This document shows, piece after piece, positions 22,149 through 34,191 of a stretch of 64,000 nucleotides of DNA. Made by a program: the position numbers and the translations under genes. Origin of the DNA: an uncultured delta proteobacterium (GTDB lineage: Bacteria; Myxococcota_A; UBA9160; SMWR01); assembly GCA_963832165.1 (NCBI GenBank), contig CAWHTE010000007.1, forward strand, positions 672,001 to 736,000. Reading direction: 5' to 3'. Each line of letters opens with the position of its first letter. The first letter of the stretch is position 1. A model generated the notes under the pieces. That model made no database searches. It was not told the DNA's origin and was given only the letters and a program-made list of their open reading frames with translations.

Positions 22149-22892
22149 TTGCGGGCGCTCACGAGCATCGAGAAGGCGGTCGACGTTCTCTTCCACCTGC
22201 ACGCGGCGCCGGAGCCCGTGGGCGTGACTCAGCTCGGCCGGGCGATCGGCCTGCCGAAGTCGAGCGTCCACCGATTGCTCGCCTCGCTGACCAAGCGCGG
22301 CCTCGTCCAGCAGGATGCGCGCGGCGGCTACGAGCCGGGAGTGGCGCTGATGGCGCTGGGGCTCGGCGCGCAGGAGCGCGATCCGCTCGTGATCGCCGCG
22401 CGACCCGTGCTCGAGAGCGAGGCCGCGGCGACGGGCGAGACGGTCTTTCTCGTGGCGATGCGCGCGCGCAGGCTCATCGTGCTCGACAAGGCCGAGGGCA
22501 CGGGCTTTCTGCGCGCGGCGCCGCAGGTGGGTTCGGTCGTACCCGTGCACGCGACGGCCGTGGGCAAGCTCTTCCTCGCGAACGGTCTCGCGCCTCTCGT
22601 GCGCATGCCGCTCGAGCGCTTCACGGACCACACGCCCGTCAGCGCGGTCGAGCTGGAGCGCGCCGTTGCGCGCGCGCGCCGCGACGGCACCGCCACGAGT
22701 CGCGAGGAATGGATGCCCGGCCTGTCGGTGCTCGCCGCGCCGATCTCGGTGCGCGGCCAGATGCGCGGGGCGCTCGCGCTGGGCGCGCCGACGCCGAGGC
22801 TGCCCGCGTCGGCGGAGGGCGCGTTGCTCGCGCACGTGCGCGTCGCGGCCGAGCGCATCTCCGCGCGACTCGCGGGGACCGGTCATGAGTGA
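22149..22892 (+). CDS. IclR family transcriptional regulator
   Basis: SIEKAVDVL, HTH GLPKSSVHRLL, HATAVGK; TTG start after GGAGG. Confidence 0.92.
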   Translation: MRALTSIEKAVDVLFHLHAAPEPVGVTQLGRAIGLPKSSVHRLLASLTKRGLVQQDARGGYEPGVALMALGLGAQERDPLVIAARPVLESEAAATGETVFLVAMRARRLIVLDKAEGTGFLRAAPQVGSVVPVHATAVGKLFLANGLAPLVRMPLERFTDHTPVSAVELERAVARARRDGTATSREEWMPGLSVLAAPISVRGQMRGALALGAPTPRLPASAEGALLAHVRVAAERISARLAGTGHE

Positions 22893-23763
22893 GCCGACTG
22901 CGCGCGCCTGGCTCGACGGACGTGTGATTCCCCTCGCCGATGCGCGGATTCCGATCACCGACCACGGGCTCCTCTACGGCGACGGAATCTTCGAGGGGAT
23001 CCGGATCAGGAGCGCGCGCGTGTTCCGGCTCGACGACCACCTCGCGCGCTTCGCCACCGCGGCGCGCGCGATCGGCCTGGCGCTTCCGGGCGGAATCGCG
23101 GCCGCGCGCACGGCCGTGCTCGAGACCGCGCGCGCGTTCGGACAGAACGAGGCCTACGCGCGGCTCGTGTGCACGCGTGGCGTCGGCGCGCTCGGCGTCG
23201 ATCCGCTTCCGTGTCGCGAACCGCGCCTGTTCTGCATCGTCGATCGCATCAAGCTCTACGACGAGCGCCAACAGAGCGAGGGGCTGGACCTCGTGACCGT
23301 GAGCGTGCGCAGGCCGCCGGCCGACGTGCTCGATCCGCGCGTGAAGAGCCTCAACTATCTGAACAACGTGCTCGCCAAACGCGAGGCGCGGCTGCGCGGC
23401 GCGGACGAGGCGCTCGTGCTGAACGCACAGGGCAACATCGCGGAAGCGGCCGTGGCCAACATCTTCTGCGTGCGCGATGGAGTGCTCATGACACCACCCG
23501 CGACCGACGGCGCGCTCGAGGGCATCACCCGGCGCACCGTGCTCGAGCTCGCGCGCGAGCTCGCGATCCCGGCGCAGGAGCGCACGCTCGGGCGCTTCGA
23601 CCTGTTCGCGTGCACGGAGGCATTCCTCACCGGCAGCGGAGCCGGCCTCGTGCCGGTGCGCAGCCTCGACGGCGAGCGCCTCGGCGGTCCGGGTCCGGTG
23701 TTCGGCCAGATCCGCGCAGCATTCGAGCGCGCTGCGCCAGCGCTCGGCGTCCCCTTCCAGTAG
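22885..23763 (+). CDS. ilvE: Class IV aminotransferase (branched-chain amino acid aminotransferase-like)
   Basis: DHGLLYGDGIFEG, KSLNYLNN, LEGITR and EAFLTG motifs. Confidence 0.85.
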   Translation: MSEPTARAWLDGRVIPLADARIPITDHGLLYGDGIFEGIRIRSARVFRLDDHLARFATAARAIGLALPGGIAAARTAVLETARAFGQNEAYARLVCTRGVGALGVDPLPCREPRLFCIVDRIKLYDERQQSEGLDLVTVSVRRPPADVLDPRVKSLNYLNNVLAKREARLRGADEALVLNAQGNIAEAAVANIFCVRDGVLMTPPATDGALEGITRRTVLELARELAIPAQERTLGRFDLFACTEAFLTGSGAGLVPVRSLDGERLGGPGPVFGQIRAAFERAAPALGVPFQ

Positions 23764-23790
23764 CCTCAGCGGCGACGCCAGGGGGGAACC

Positions 23791-25519
23791 GTGCGCTGGT
23801 CCGAAGCATTCATTCCCACGCTGCGCGACGACCCCGCCGATGCCGAGGCGGCGAGCCATCGGCTGCTCGTGCGCGCGGGGTTCGTGCGCCAGCTGATGGC
23901 GGGCGCGTACTCGCTGCTGCCGCTCGGGCAGCGCGTGTGCCAGAAGATCACGCAGATCGTACGGACCGAGATGGACGCGATCGGCGGCCAGGAGTTCAAG
24001 CTGCCCGCGCTGCACCCCGCCGAGCTCTGGAAGCGCTCCGGGCGCTGGGAGGTGATGGGCGACGAGATGTTCCGGCTCGTGGATCGCAAGGGCGCAGACG
24101 TCGCGCTCGGCATGACCCACGAGGAGGTGTTCGCGACTGCTCGCGGGCGAGCTGCGCAGCTACAAGGAGCTGCCGCAGATCTGGTACCAGATCCAGACCA
24201 AGTTCCGCGACGAGCCGCGTCCCAAGTCGGGCGTATTGCGCGTGCGCGAGTTCACGATGAAGGACTCGTACTCGCTCGACCTCGCACAGGCCGGCCTGGA
24301 CGCGTCGTTCCAGCGACACTTCGAAGCGTACCGGAAGATCTTCCGGCGCTGCGGCGTCGAGACGCTCGCGGTGGAAGCGTCGTCGGGCAGCATGGGCGGC
24401 AGCGAGTCGATCGAGTTCATGGTCGAGAGCGACGCAGGCGAGGACTTCGTCGCGACCTGCGCGCGCTGCGGCTACTCCGCGAACGTCGAGAAGGCCACCT
24501 CGCAGCTGGCGGCGGCCGAGGACGCGCCGGGCCCGCGTGCAGCCGAGCGCTTTCCGACTCCGGGTGTGCGCACGATCGAGGATCTCGCGAGCTTTGCGGG
24601 CGGCGCACCGGCCGAGCGCCAGATCAAGACGCTCGTCTACTCGGTGGACGGCGTGCTCGTGCTCGTCCTGCTGCGCGGCGATCACGCGCTCTCCGAGCAG
24701 AAGCTCCACGACCAGGTGGAGGCGCGCGAGATCCGTCCCGCGAGCGAGGCGGAGATCCGCGCCGCGCTGGGAGCGGGCCCGGGGAGCCTGGGCGCTGTCG
24801 GTGTCACGGGCCGCACCGTGATCGCCGACTTCGCGCTCGACGGCCGCCACGACATGACGACGGGCGCCAACCAGGACGACTTCCATCTGCGCGGCGTCGA
24901 CGTCGAGCGCGACATCGCCGTGAAGCACTGGCTCGATCTGCGCGAGGTGCGCGCAGGGGATGGGTGCCCCTCGTGCGGCGATCCGCTGCGCGTGGTGAAG
25001 ACGATCGAGGTCGGACACATCTTCAAGCTCGGCACGCGCTACAGCGAGGCGCTCGGAGCGAAGGTGCTCGACGAGGCCGGTGTCTCGCGGCCGATCATCA
25101 TGGGCTCGTACGGGATCGGCATCGAGCGCGCGATGGCGGCGGTGGTCGAGCGCTGCCACGACGCGAACGGGATCGTGTGGCCGATGGCGGTGGCGCCTTA
25201 CGAAGTGATCGTGACGCTCGTGAAGCCGACCGATCTCGCGATCGCCGAGGCGGGCGGGCAGGTCTACGACGCGCTGCGCGCCGCGGGCATCCAGGTCCTG
25301 CTCGACGATCGCGACGACCGTCCCGGCGTGAAGTTCAAGGACGCTGATCTGATCGGGATTCCCTACCGCGTGACGATCGGGCCCAAGGGGATCGCCGAAG
25401 GGAAGGTCGAGATCACACGCCGCAAGACTGGCCAGGCGCGCAGTGTCGACCTCCAGAAGGCCGCGAGCACCGTGACCGAATCGGTGCTCGAGGAACGCTC
25501 CTTCGCGCCGGGTAGTTAG
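23791..25519 (+). CDS. proS: Proline--tRNA ligase (frameshift near 24138, probably a sequencing error)
   Basis: [55 protein letters not shown] and KFKDADLIG in the second frame. Confidence 0.96.
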
Positions 25520-25524
25520 GTCCG

Positions 25525-26688
25525 ATGAGCGCACCGGCGATTCCGTACGCGGGGCGCACGATCATCGGCCTCGCGCACGAGCAGTTCCGCGCGATCCAAC
25601 GCACGGTCCAGATCCTGTTCCGGATCGCACATTCGCCTGCCTACGAGCAGCGCGTCGACGCCGGCGCCGACGCGTTCACGCGGTTCACACCCGGCAACTT
25701 CGGCGTGTTCATGGGCTACGACTTCCACATCACGCCGGCCGGCCCGAAGCTGATCGAGGTGAACACGAACGCGGGCGGCGCGCTGCTCAACGGGCTGCAC
25801 ACGGCGTCGCTGTGCGATCCGGAACGGCTCGCGTGCCTGTGCGCGGACCTGCTCCCGGTCGAGGAGATCCAGGAGCGCATCGTGCGCACGTTCGTTTCCG
25901 AGTTCGAGGCCGTGCGCGGTGTGGGCGCGCGGCCGGCGCTGATCGCGATCGCGGATGAGCGGCCACGCGAGCAGTTCCTGTACCCGGAGTTCGAGCTGTT
26001 CGCGCAGCTGTTCGAGGCGCAGGGAATCCGCGCCGCGATCTGCGACACGGCGGAGCTCGCGCTCGCGGAGGACGGGCTCGCGTTGCGCGGCGAGCGCGTC
26101 GATCTCGTCTATCTGCGCGACACCGACTTCGGGCTCGCCTCGCCGCGCGCGGCCGCTCTGCGCGCGGCCTATCTCGCGCGACAGGTGGTGGTGACGCCGG
26201 CGCCGCGCGAGCACCACCTGCTCGCGAACAAGCGCCGGCTCGCGATCTTCTCTTCGGCCGCGGCGATCGCGGAGCTCGGCGCCGGCGCCGAGGAAGTCCA
26301 GCACCTCGCCGAGGTGGTCCCCGAGACGCGCGACCTCGCCGAGCTCGGCCGCGAGCGCGCGTGGCTCGAGCGGAAGGAATGGGTGTTCAAGCCGAGTGCG
26401 TCGTTCGGCAGCCGCGCCGTGTACCGCGGCGACAAGATCTCGCGAACGAAGCTCGAACAGATCGCGGGCGACGCCGACTTCCTCGCACAGCGCCGCGTGG
26501 AGCCCGGGCTCGTCGAGGTCGAAACCGAGGCGGGCCCGCGCGAGATGAAGTTCGATGTGCGCGCCTACGCCTACCGCGACGAGGTGTTGTTGCTCGGCGC
26601 GCGCGTCTACCAGGGCCAGGTCACCAACCTGCGCAGTGCGGGCGGCGGCTTCTCGGCAATCTGCGTCGCGCGCACGGCGCAGGCGTGA
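25525..26688 (+). CDS. Circularly permuted ATP-grasp-like amide ligase (glutathionylspermidine synthase/CP-ATP-grasp-like)
   Basis: GYDFH...KLIEVNTNAGG near the N-terminus; later WVFKPSASFGSRAVY, AQRRV, DVRAY and GGGF. Confidence 0.7.
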   Translation: MSAPAIPYAGRTIIGLAHEQFRAIQRTVQILFRIAHSPAYEQRVDAGADAFTRFTPGNFGVFMGYDFHITPAGPKLIEVNTNAGGALLNGLHTASLCDPERLACLCADLLPVEEIQERIVRTFVSEFEAVRGVGARPALIAIADERPREQFLYPEFELFAQLFEAQGIRAAICDTAELALAEDGLALRGERVDLVYLRDTDFGLASPRAAALRAAYLARQVVVTPAPREHHLLANKRRLAIFSSAAAIAELGAGAEEVQHLAEVVPETRDLAELGRERAWLERKEWVFKPSASFGSRAVYRGDKISRTKLEQIAGDADFLAQRRVEPGLVEVETEAGPREMKFDVRAYAYRDEVLLLGARVYQGQVTNLRSAGGGFSAICVARTAQA

Positions 26689-27104
26689 GCTCTGCTCTCG
26701 CAGACGCGACGGTCCTCCTGCACATCGTGTTCGTCGCCTTCGTGGTCGGCGGGGGTCTGTTCGCCGTGCGTTGGCCGCGGGTCGCATGGCTGCATCTGCC
26801 GGCCGCTGCCTGGGGTGCGTGCGTCGAGTTCGCGGGCTGGACCTGTCCGCTCACGCCGCTCGAGAACTGGCTTCGCGAACAGGGCGGCGGCGCCACCTAC
26901 ACCTCGGGCTTCATCGAGCACTACGTGCTGCCCGTCCTCTACCCGGCCTCGCTCACGCGCCCGCTCCAGTGGTTGCTGGGCGGCCTCGTCGTGCTGATCA
27001 ACGCCGGCGTATACGCCTGCGTCTTCCGCGGCCGGATCGCTAGTGCGCTTCGAGGAGCTCGCGCTTCGCGCGGCGCAGGAAGAACAGGCCGATCGTCGCG
27101 TTGA
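26685..27104 (+). CDS. DUF2784 family membrane protein
   Basis: WLHLPAAAWG, CPLTPLENWLR and GFIEHYVLPVLYP motifs. Confidence 0.88.
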   Translation: MSSALADATVLLHIVFVAFVVGGGLFAVRWPRVAWLHLPAAAWGACVEFAGWTCPLTPLENWLREQGGGATYTSGFIEHYVLPVLYPASLTRPLQWLLGGLVVLINAGVYACVFRGRIASALRGARASRGAGRTGRSSR

Positions 27105-28005
27105 AGAAGATGAAGAAGTTGTGCATCACGAAGCCGAACGCGGACATCTGCGCCTCGCGCTCGGGGAACAGCACCACCCAGATCGTGATCGCCGCGGCGC
27201 GCATCGGCGTGGGCACTGCGGCCGCGAAGAAGATCACGGGCAGGACGCCGAGCATGTGCAGGAAGCTCGCCTCGACGCCGAACAGCCGCAGCGCGAGCGT
27301 GTAGACGATCACGGCCGCGAGCAGCGCCGGCGAGCGCAGCACTGCGACACCCACATAGCGCAGCGGACCCGCCTCGCGGAACGCCTTCAAGATCGGGCGA
27401 TCGCGCAGTGCCGAGCCCGGCGCGATCCAGCCGCGGAAGAACGCGATCCAGACGCCGAACAGCGCGAACACGCCGAGCGCGATCCAGGGCACGAGCCGGA
27501 ACTGCGCGGGCAGCTCGTCGCCCGAGATCGCATAACCGACCAACGCCCAGAAGGTCAGGTAGAGCAGCTCGCAGAACATGATGAACAGCATCGAAGAGCC
27601 GACTTCCCAGCCCGGAACGCCGTGGCGCCGGTTCAGGTAGAGAGCCATCGCGCCCTTGCCGACCTGCTCGTTCAGGATCGAGATGATGTACGCGCTCGCG
27701 CGGATCGGGAGGATCGCGGTCCACGGCACGCGCGCATTGAACCACGTGACCACGCGCCAGACGACGGTCGAATCCACGAGGAAGAAGAACGCGGAGTAGG
27801 GGATCATCAGCGCGAGCCAGTGAAGCCAGTTCACGCTCGCGAACACCTCGAGCAGGTACGCGTACGCCGACATGCCCTGGCGCGCAGCCGCGCCGGAGAT
27901 CCGGTTTCCCAGCCACGCGAAACACACGAGTGTCAGGAGCCACGGCAGCGCGCGCTGCCACAGCGGCGGCGTCGGGCGCGCGGCAGTGCTGGGCGTGCTC
28001 GTCAT
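27040..28005 (-). CDS. Lysylphosphatidylglycerol synthase TM-domain (flippase-like) membrane protein
   Basis: About 8 TM helices with UPF0104-like layout; family assigned by pattern only. Confidence 0.6.
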   Translation of the reverse strand: MTSTPSTAARPTPPLWQRALPWLLTLVCFAWLGNRISGAAARQGMSAYAYLLEVFASVNWLHWLALMIPYSAFFFLVDSTVVWRVVTWFNARVPWTAILPIRASAYIISILNEQVGKGAMALYLNRRHGVPGWEVGSSMLFIMFCELLYLTFWALVGYAISGDELPAQFRLVPWIALGVFALFGVWIAFFRGWIAPGSALRDRPILKAFREAGPLRYVGVAVLRSPALLAAVIVYTLALRLFGVEASFLHMLGVLPVIFFAAAVPTPMRAAAITIWVVLFPEREAQMSAFGFVMHNFFIFFNATIGLFFLRRAKRELLEAH

Positions 28006-28930
28006 CGCTCGTGCCCCGCGAGCGCTTCGCGCAGCGCCGCGTCGAGCGGCGTGAGCGCGATGCCGAGCCGCGCGCGCGCGGGCTCCGGGTCGATCGCGTC
28101 GTCGCGCTCGAGCACGCCCAGCATCGCGCGCGTGATCGGAGGCTCCGCGCTCGTGCGCTCGGCGATCCACGCGAAGGCATGGGCGAGCGCGGCCGGCACG
28201 CTGCCGATCGACACCTGCGTGCCGAGCACGGCCGCCGCGCGCTGCACGAGCTCGCGGTGCGGGAGCGACTCGGGCCCGGCGAGCTCGAGCACCACATCGT
28301 CGAGGCCCGGCCGGTCGAGCGCGGCGGCGAGCGAGGCGACCACGTCGCGTGCGGCGATCGGCTGTGCGAGCGCGGCTCCGCCGCTCACGAGCCGCGCGTT
28401 CGGACCGCGCGCCTGGCGCTCGAGCGCGGCGGAAGCCGGGTCGCCGGCGCCGAGCACCATCGGCACGCGGATCACCACCGCGGGCGTCTTCGCGCGCAAC
28501 AGGATCGCGTCGGCTCGCGCACGCGAGGCGAGGCAGGCGTTCGGCGAAGCGGGGTCGGCGCCCAGGATCGAGAGCGCGATGATCCGGCGCAGCCCACAGC
28601 GGTCCGCCGCGGTCGCGAGTGCCTCGCATGCGCGCTCATGCGCGTCCACGTAGCGGTTGGTGCGCGTCTGCTTGAGGATGCCCGACCAGATGGATCGCCG
28701 CATCACAACCCGCCGCGTGCTTCGCGAGCATGTCCGGGTCGCGAGTAGTCGACGATCGCGACCTCGGGCCGCACCCGCTCCGGCAGCGCGCGTACGGCCT
28801 CGGCCGCGCGCTCCGAGCGCACGAGCGCGCGCACGGCGCGCGGCGGGCTCGCCTCGGCGAGATGCGCGCAGAGCTTGCGACCGAGCCGTCCGTTGGCTCC
28901 CGTGACGAGGATCGGGCGTTCCGACACCAA
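28002..28930 (-). CDS. NAD(P)H-binding epimerase/NDUFA9-like protein (frameshifts near 28744 and 28684)
   Basis: ILVTGANGRLG, VRALVRS; AAIHLVG/ILKQ across frames; QPIAARDV and ELAGPE motifs. Confidence 0.8.
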
Positions 28931-28934
28931 CGGC

Positions 28935-29687
28935 TCAGATCGACATGATGCCGCGGCGCGGTCGTGCGTCGGTGCCGAATGTCTCTGCAGAGAGCGGCGC
29001 CCCCGCGGCCGCGAGCGCTTCGCGCTGCTTCGGCGGCGGCACGGTCATCGAGGCTTGTTCGAACGGGACGAGCCTCTGGAAGCAGTCGTGTCCGAGCGCG
29101 CGTTCGACGAACGCCGCGGTGCGGGGCCAGCGCGCGGCATCGACGCGGTAGCGCGAGAATGCCGCGTTGCGGAAGAAGGCCGCGATCGCGATGTCGGCGA
29201 CGCCGATCTCTCCGAACAGGAAGCCCTGCTCGGGCAGCTGCGACTCGAGATAGTCGAGCACGTGCGGAAGCTCCACATCGAGCGCGTGGCGCAACACCGC
29301 CTCGTCGGTCGGCACGCCGAACACGCGCGGATTGATCGCGACCTGATTGAACAGGCGCCAGATCATCACCTCGCCCATGCGCGTGTCCGCGAACTCCTCG
29401 AGCCAGCGCGCGCGGGCGCGGTCGGCCGGCTCGCGCGGGTAGAGCGCTGGCGTGGGATGGCGATCTTCGAGGTACTCGCAGATCACCGTGGAGTCGCAAA
29501 GCGTGACCTTCTCGTCGATGTACACGGGAATGCGCCGGAGCGGGGAGATCTCGCCGAAGCGATCGTTGCCGAAGAACGGGACGATCGGGTCGATCTCGTA
29601 GCGGACGCCCTTCAGGTGCATCACCGCGAGCACCTTCCGAACGTACGGAGAGATGTAGCTGCCGACGATGTGGACCGGCGTGGTCAT
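28935..29687 (-). CDS. Glutathione S-transferase family protein
   Basis: SPYVRKV, SPLRRIP, DSTVICEYLED and ADIAIA motifs. Confidence 0.92.
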   Translation of the reverse strand: MTTPVHIVGSYISPYVRKVLAVMHLKGVRYEIDPIVPFFGNDRFGEISPLRRIPVYIDEKVTLCDSTVICEYLEDRHPTPALYPREPADRARARWLEEFADTRMGEVMIWRLFNQVAINPRVFGVPTDEAVLRHALDVELPHVLDYLESQLPEQGFLFGEIGVADIAIAAFFRNAAFSRYRVDAARWPRTAAFVERALGHDCFQRLVPFEQASMTVPPPKQREALAAAGAPLSAETFGTDARPRRGIMSI

Positions 29688-29724
29688 GACCTGCCTCCCG
29701 CGAGTCGGGCACTCCGAATCGGGA

Positions 29725-30856
29725 TCATCTCACACGGTGGGCCAGCGCCGCAGCCACCGCGATCGCGGCGCACCAGAGAGCAAGGCTGCCGAAGCCGAGA
29801 CCGATCCCGGCCGCGTCTCCTGCGGCGCCCGTGAGCCAGGGCACCGCGAAGCCGCCGAGCGCGCCCGCACCCGCCACGAGGCCGGTCGCCATGCCGCGCG
29901 CCGAGGGCGCGGCCTGGCCCGCGAGCGCGATCATCACGGGATAGATGCTGCCGAGCGCAGCGCCGAGCGCGAACAGCGCGACCTCGAGCGGCGTGCCCGC
30001 GAAGCTCGCCGTCGCCGCGAGCACCACCGTGGCGGCCGCGCCCGAGGCCAGGAGCACGCGCGCGTCGAGCGCGTGCGTGTCGAGCACGCGCGCGCCGAGC
30101 AACGCGACGCGGCCGACCAGGAGACCCAGCCAGAACGCGCTGATGCCGAGCTGTCCGCGCGCCGCGTCGAGCCCGAGCGCCTCGCTCGCGTACGGAACCG
30201 CGAACACCGTCACCGACGACTCGACGCCGACGTAGGCGAAGGCGACCGCTGCGAGCGGAATGAGCGGCGCGAGCGCGAGTGAGGCACGCGCTTCGCGATC
30301 GGGTGTCGGTACGCGCGGCTCCGGGCCGGGCAGCGGCACGCACGCGGCCCACCCGGCGAGCAGCACATGCGCCCAGCCGAGCGCGTGGAAGCTGTCCGTG
30401 AAGTGGTGGGTCGAGGCGATCCAGCCGACCAGCGGCGGTCCGAACATCGCGCCAACCGTGGCGGCCGAGTGCACGGCGAGCATCGGCCGCACCGCGCGCT
30501 CGCGATAGCGCTGCACCACCACCGCGTTGATCAGCGTGTCGTAGAGCCCGATTCCCGCGCCCGCGAACGCCGCGTGCGCGAGCCAGCGCGCATAGCCCAT
30601 CTCGCGTTCGACCCCGAGCAGCGCGGCGGCGGCCACCAGGGTCGATCCCACGAACAGCGGGCGGCGCGGATAGCGGTCGAAGAGCGGTCCCGCGATCACG
30701 ACGCCTGCGCCGAGCCCGAGTGCGAGCGACGAGGCGAGCAGGCCCGACTGCGAGAGATCGAGCCCGAGCTCGTGCGGCGAGATTCGCCTGGTTGGCGCCG
30801 ACCAGCACGAGCACCACGCCGAAGGCGAGGAACGCGCAGAAGCACAGCGCCAGCAC
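29725..30856 (-). CDS. MFS transporter (frameshift near 30775)
   Basis: GPLFDRYPRR motif A and about 12 TM helices; first TM is in the adjacent frame. Confidence 0.82.
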
Positions 30857-30917
30857 CGGCGGGAGGCTATCTCAGATGGGCGTCGTCTCCGCGTCGCGCA
30901 GCGCGGAATGTGAGTGC

Positions 30918-31965
30918 CTACGGAAGTGCGTCGAGCCAGTCGAGCACGGCCTCCATGTAGAGCTGCGCGTTGAGCATCTGGTTCATGTCGTGGCCCGCAG
31001 CGGGCAGGATGTAGGCGTCGATCGACGGGACGTTCGGACCCAGGCGCGGTCCCTCGAACGCGATCAGCGCCTGCTCGCTCGTGCACGGCGCACCACCGAG
31101 CGCGGGCCCGCAGAAGAGCGAGTCGACTTCGCCGACGGTCAGGAACACCGGCACACGAATGTCGAGCGGGTGCAACAGGATCAGCGGATAGGTCTGGAGC
31201 TCGGACGAACGTGACGGTTCCCTTGGTCATCTCGTCGTAGCGAACCACCGCAGGATCGACGGTGGCGGGCGCGTAGAACGCCCCGTGACGCGAACCGACT
31301 TGGGTCGTCAGGTAACCGGGATCGAGCCCCGAGAACACGCCGAAGCGCGGATCGGCCAGCGCCGGGTACAGATTCGGTACGACGAGCACGGGCGCATTCA
31401 CGGTCGTGAGCCCGTGGGTGGCGCCCGTGAGGACGACGGCGTCGACGTCGTCGTAGCGGCTGGCTTCGAACCAGATCGTCCAGCTGCCGTAGGAGTGGCC
31501 GACCAGCACCACGGAATCGAACACCTTGCCATTGGCATCGGCGATCGTGCCCGCGCGGACGGCCTGGACCACCTGGTGCACCGTGTGGGCATTCGTATCG
31601 ATCGTCACGAACGCGCTCAGCGGATGGGAGCTGTTGCCGGCGCCGATCCGATCGAGCGCGAGCGTCGAGTATCCCGCCGCGAGCGCAGCGGCGACGAACG
31701 AGTAGCGATCGGTGTGACCCGTCGGGTCGGGGAAGTCCCAGTAGTTGCGGTCGTAGGTGATGCCGTGCACGAGCACGAGCAGCGTGCCCGTCGGCGCCGG
31801 GCCGGGGCGGCACAGCCGCCCGAAGATCTTCTGGTTGACCGGAGCGCCCGGCGCGAGTGCGACCGGGACGGTGACGTTGCTGCACACCGCGTTTGCCGCG
31901 GAGCTCGCGAACGAGCCGAGCGATGCCAGGACGCCCAAGGTGAGCGCGAACCATCGAGCGCGCAT
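30918..31965 (-). CDS. Secreted alpha/beta hydrolase (frameshift near 31204)
   Basis: Signal peptide, LVHGITY, nucleophile GHSYG, GEVDSLFC and AGHDMN (Ser-Asp-His triad). Confidence 0.85.
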
Positions 31966-32127
31966 GTGATCCCTCCCGAATCGCAGCTCGCCGCAGCGAC
32001 CTGCGACCGCGACCTTACGCTTCGAGGCGAAGCAGGGTCAACCGACGCGCGACAGGCTCTCACACCCGGGCGCGAGACGTTCGTTAGGGATTCATTAGCT
32101 AGGTGATCTAATCAATCGGCAGGCTGC

Positions 32128-32508
32128 TCAGAGCATTCCGAGCTCGAGCTTCGCGGCTTCGGACATCATCCCGGGGTTCCAGGGGGGATCCCACACCAGG
32201 TCGAGCACCACCGACGATACGCCCTCGACGCTGCGCGCTTTCGACTCCACCTCGGGCGGCAGCTCCTCGGCGGCTGGACACATCGGCGAGGTGAGCGTCA
32301 TCTGGATCTGGACCGCGCCGCTGTCGTCGAGCTTCACCTTGTAGATCAGGCCGAGCTCGTAGATGTCGACGGGGATCTCGGGATCGAACACGGTCTTGAG
32401 CTGCTGCACGATGCGGTCGCCCACCGCGCGCATGGCTGCGGGCGCCTCGACGATCGCGTCGAAGTCCGGGCTCTGGGTCTCTTTCTGCGGGGTCGTTTCG
32501 TCACTCAT
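32128..32508 (-). CDS. sufT: SUF system Fe-S assembly protein, DUF59 (SufT-like)
   Basis: DPEIPVDIYELGLIY, MTLTSPMCP and WDPPW motifs. Confidence 0.9.
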   Translation of the reverse strand: MSDETTPQKETQSPDFDAIVEAPAAMRAVGDRIVQQLKTVFDPEIPVDIYELGLIYKVKLDDSGAVQIQMTLTSPMCPAAEELPPEVESKARSVEGVSSVVLDLVWDPPWNPGMMSEAAKLELGML

Positions 32509-32513
32509 TGCGA

Positions 32514-34187
<1,674 letters not shown>

Positions 34188-34191
<4 letters not shown>

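Noticed and set aside
24100..24180. Programmed frameshifting in proS or the other broken genes
   Set aside because: I see no shared slippery sequence or stimulator at the 12 sites; sequencing error is the simpler explanation.
27040..27104. 65-nt convergent overlap of DUF2784 with the flippase-like gene (also 30 nt at 1104-1133)
   Set aside because: These are low-complexity tail extensions, common where stop codons are rare; there is no evidence of function.
29725..31965. Apparent hydrolase-MFS fusion (746 aa)
   Set aside because: Two frameshifts join two separate genes; each has its own missing part in another frame.
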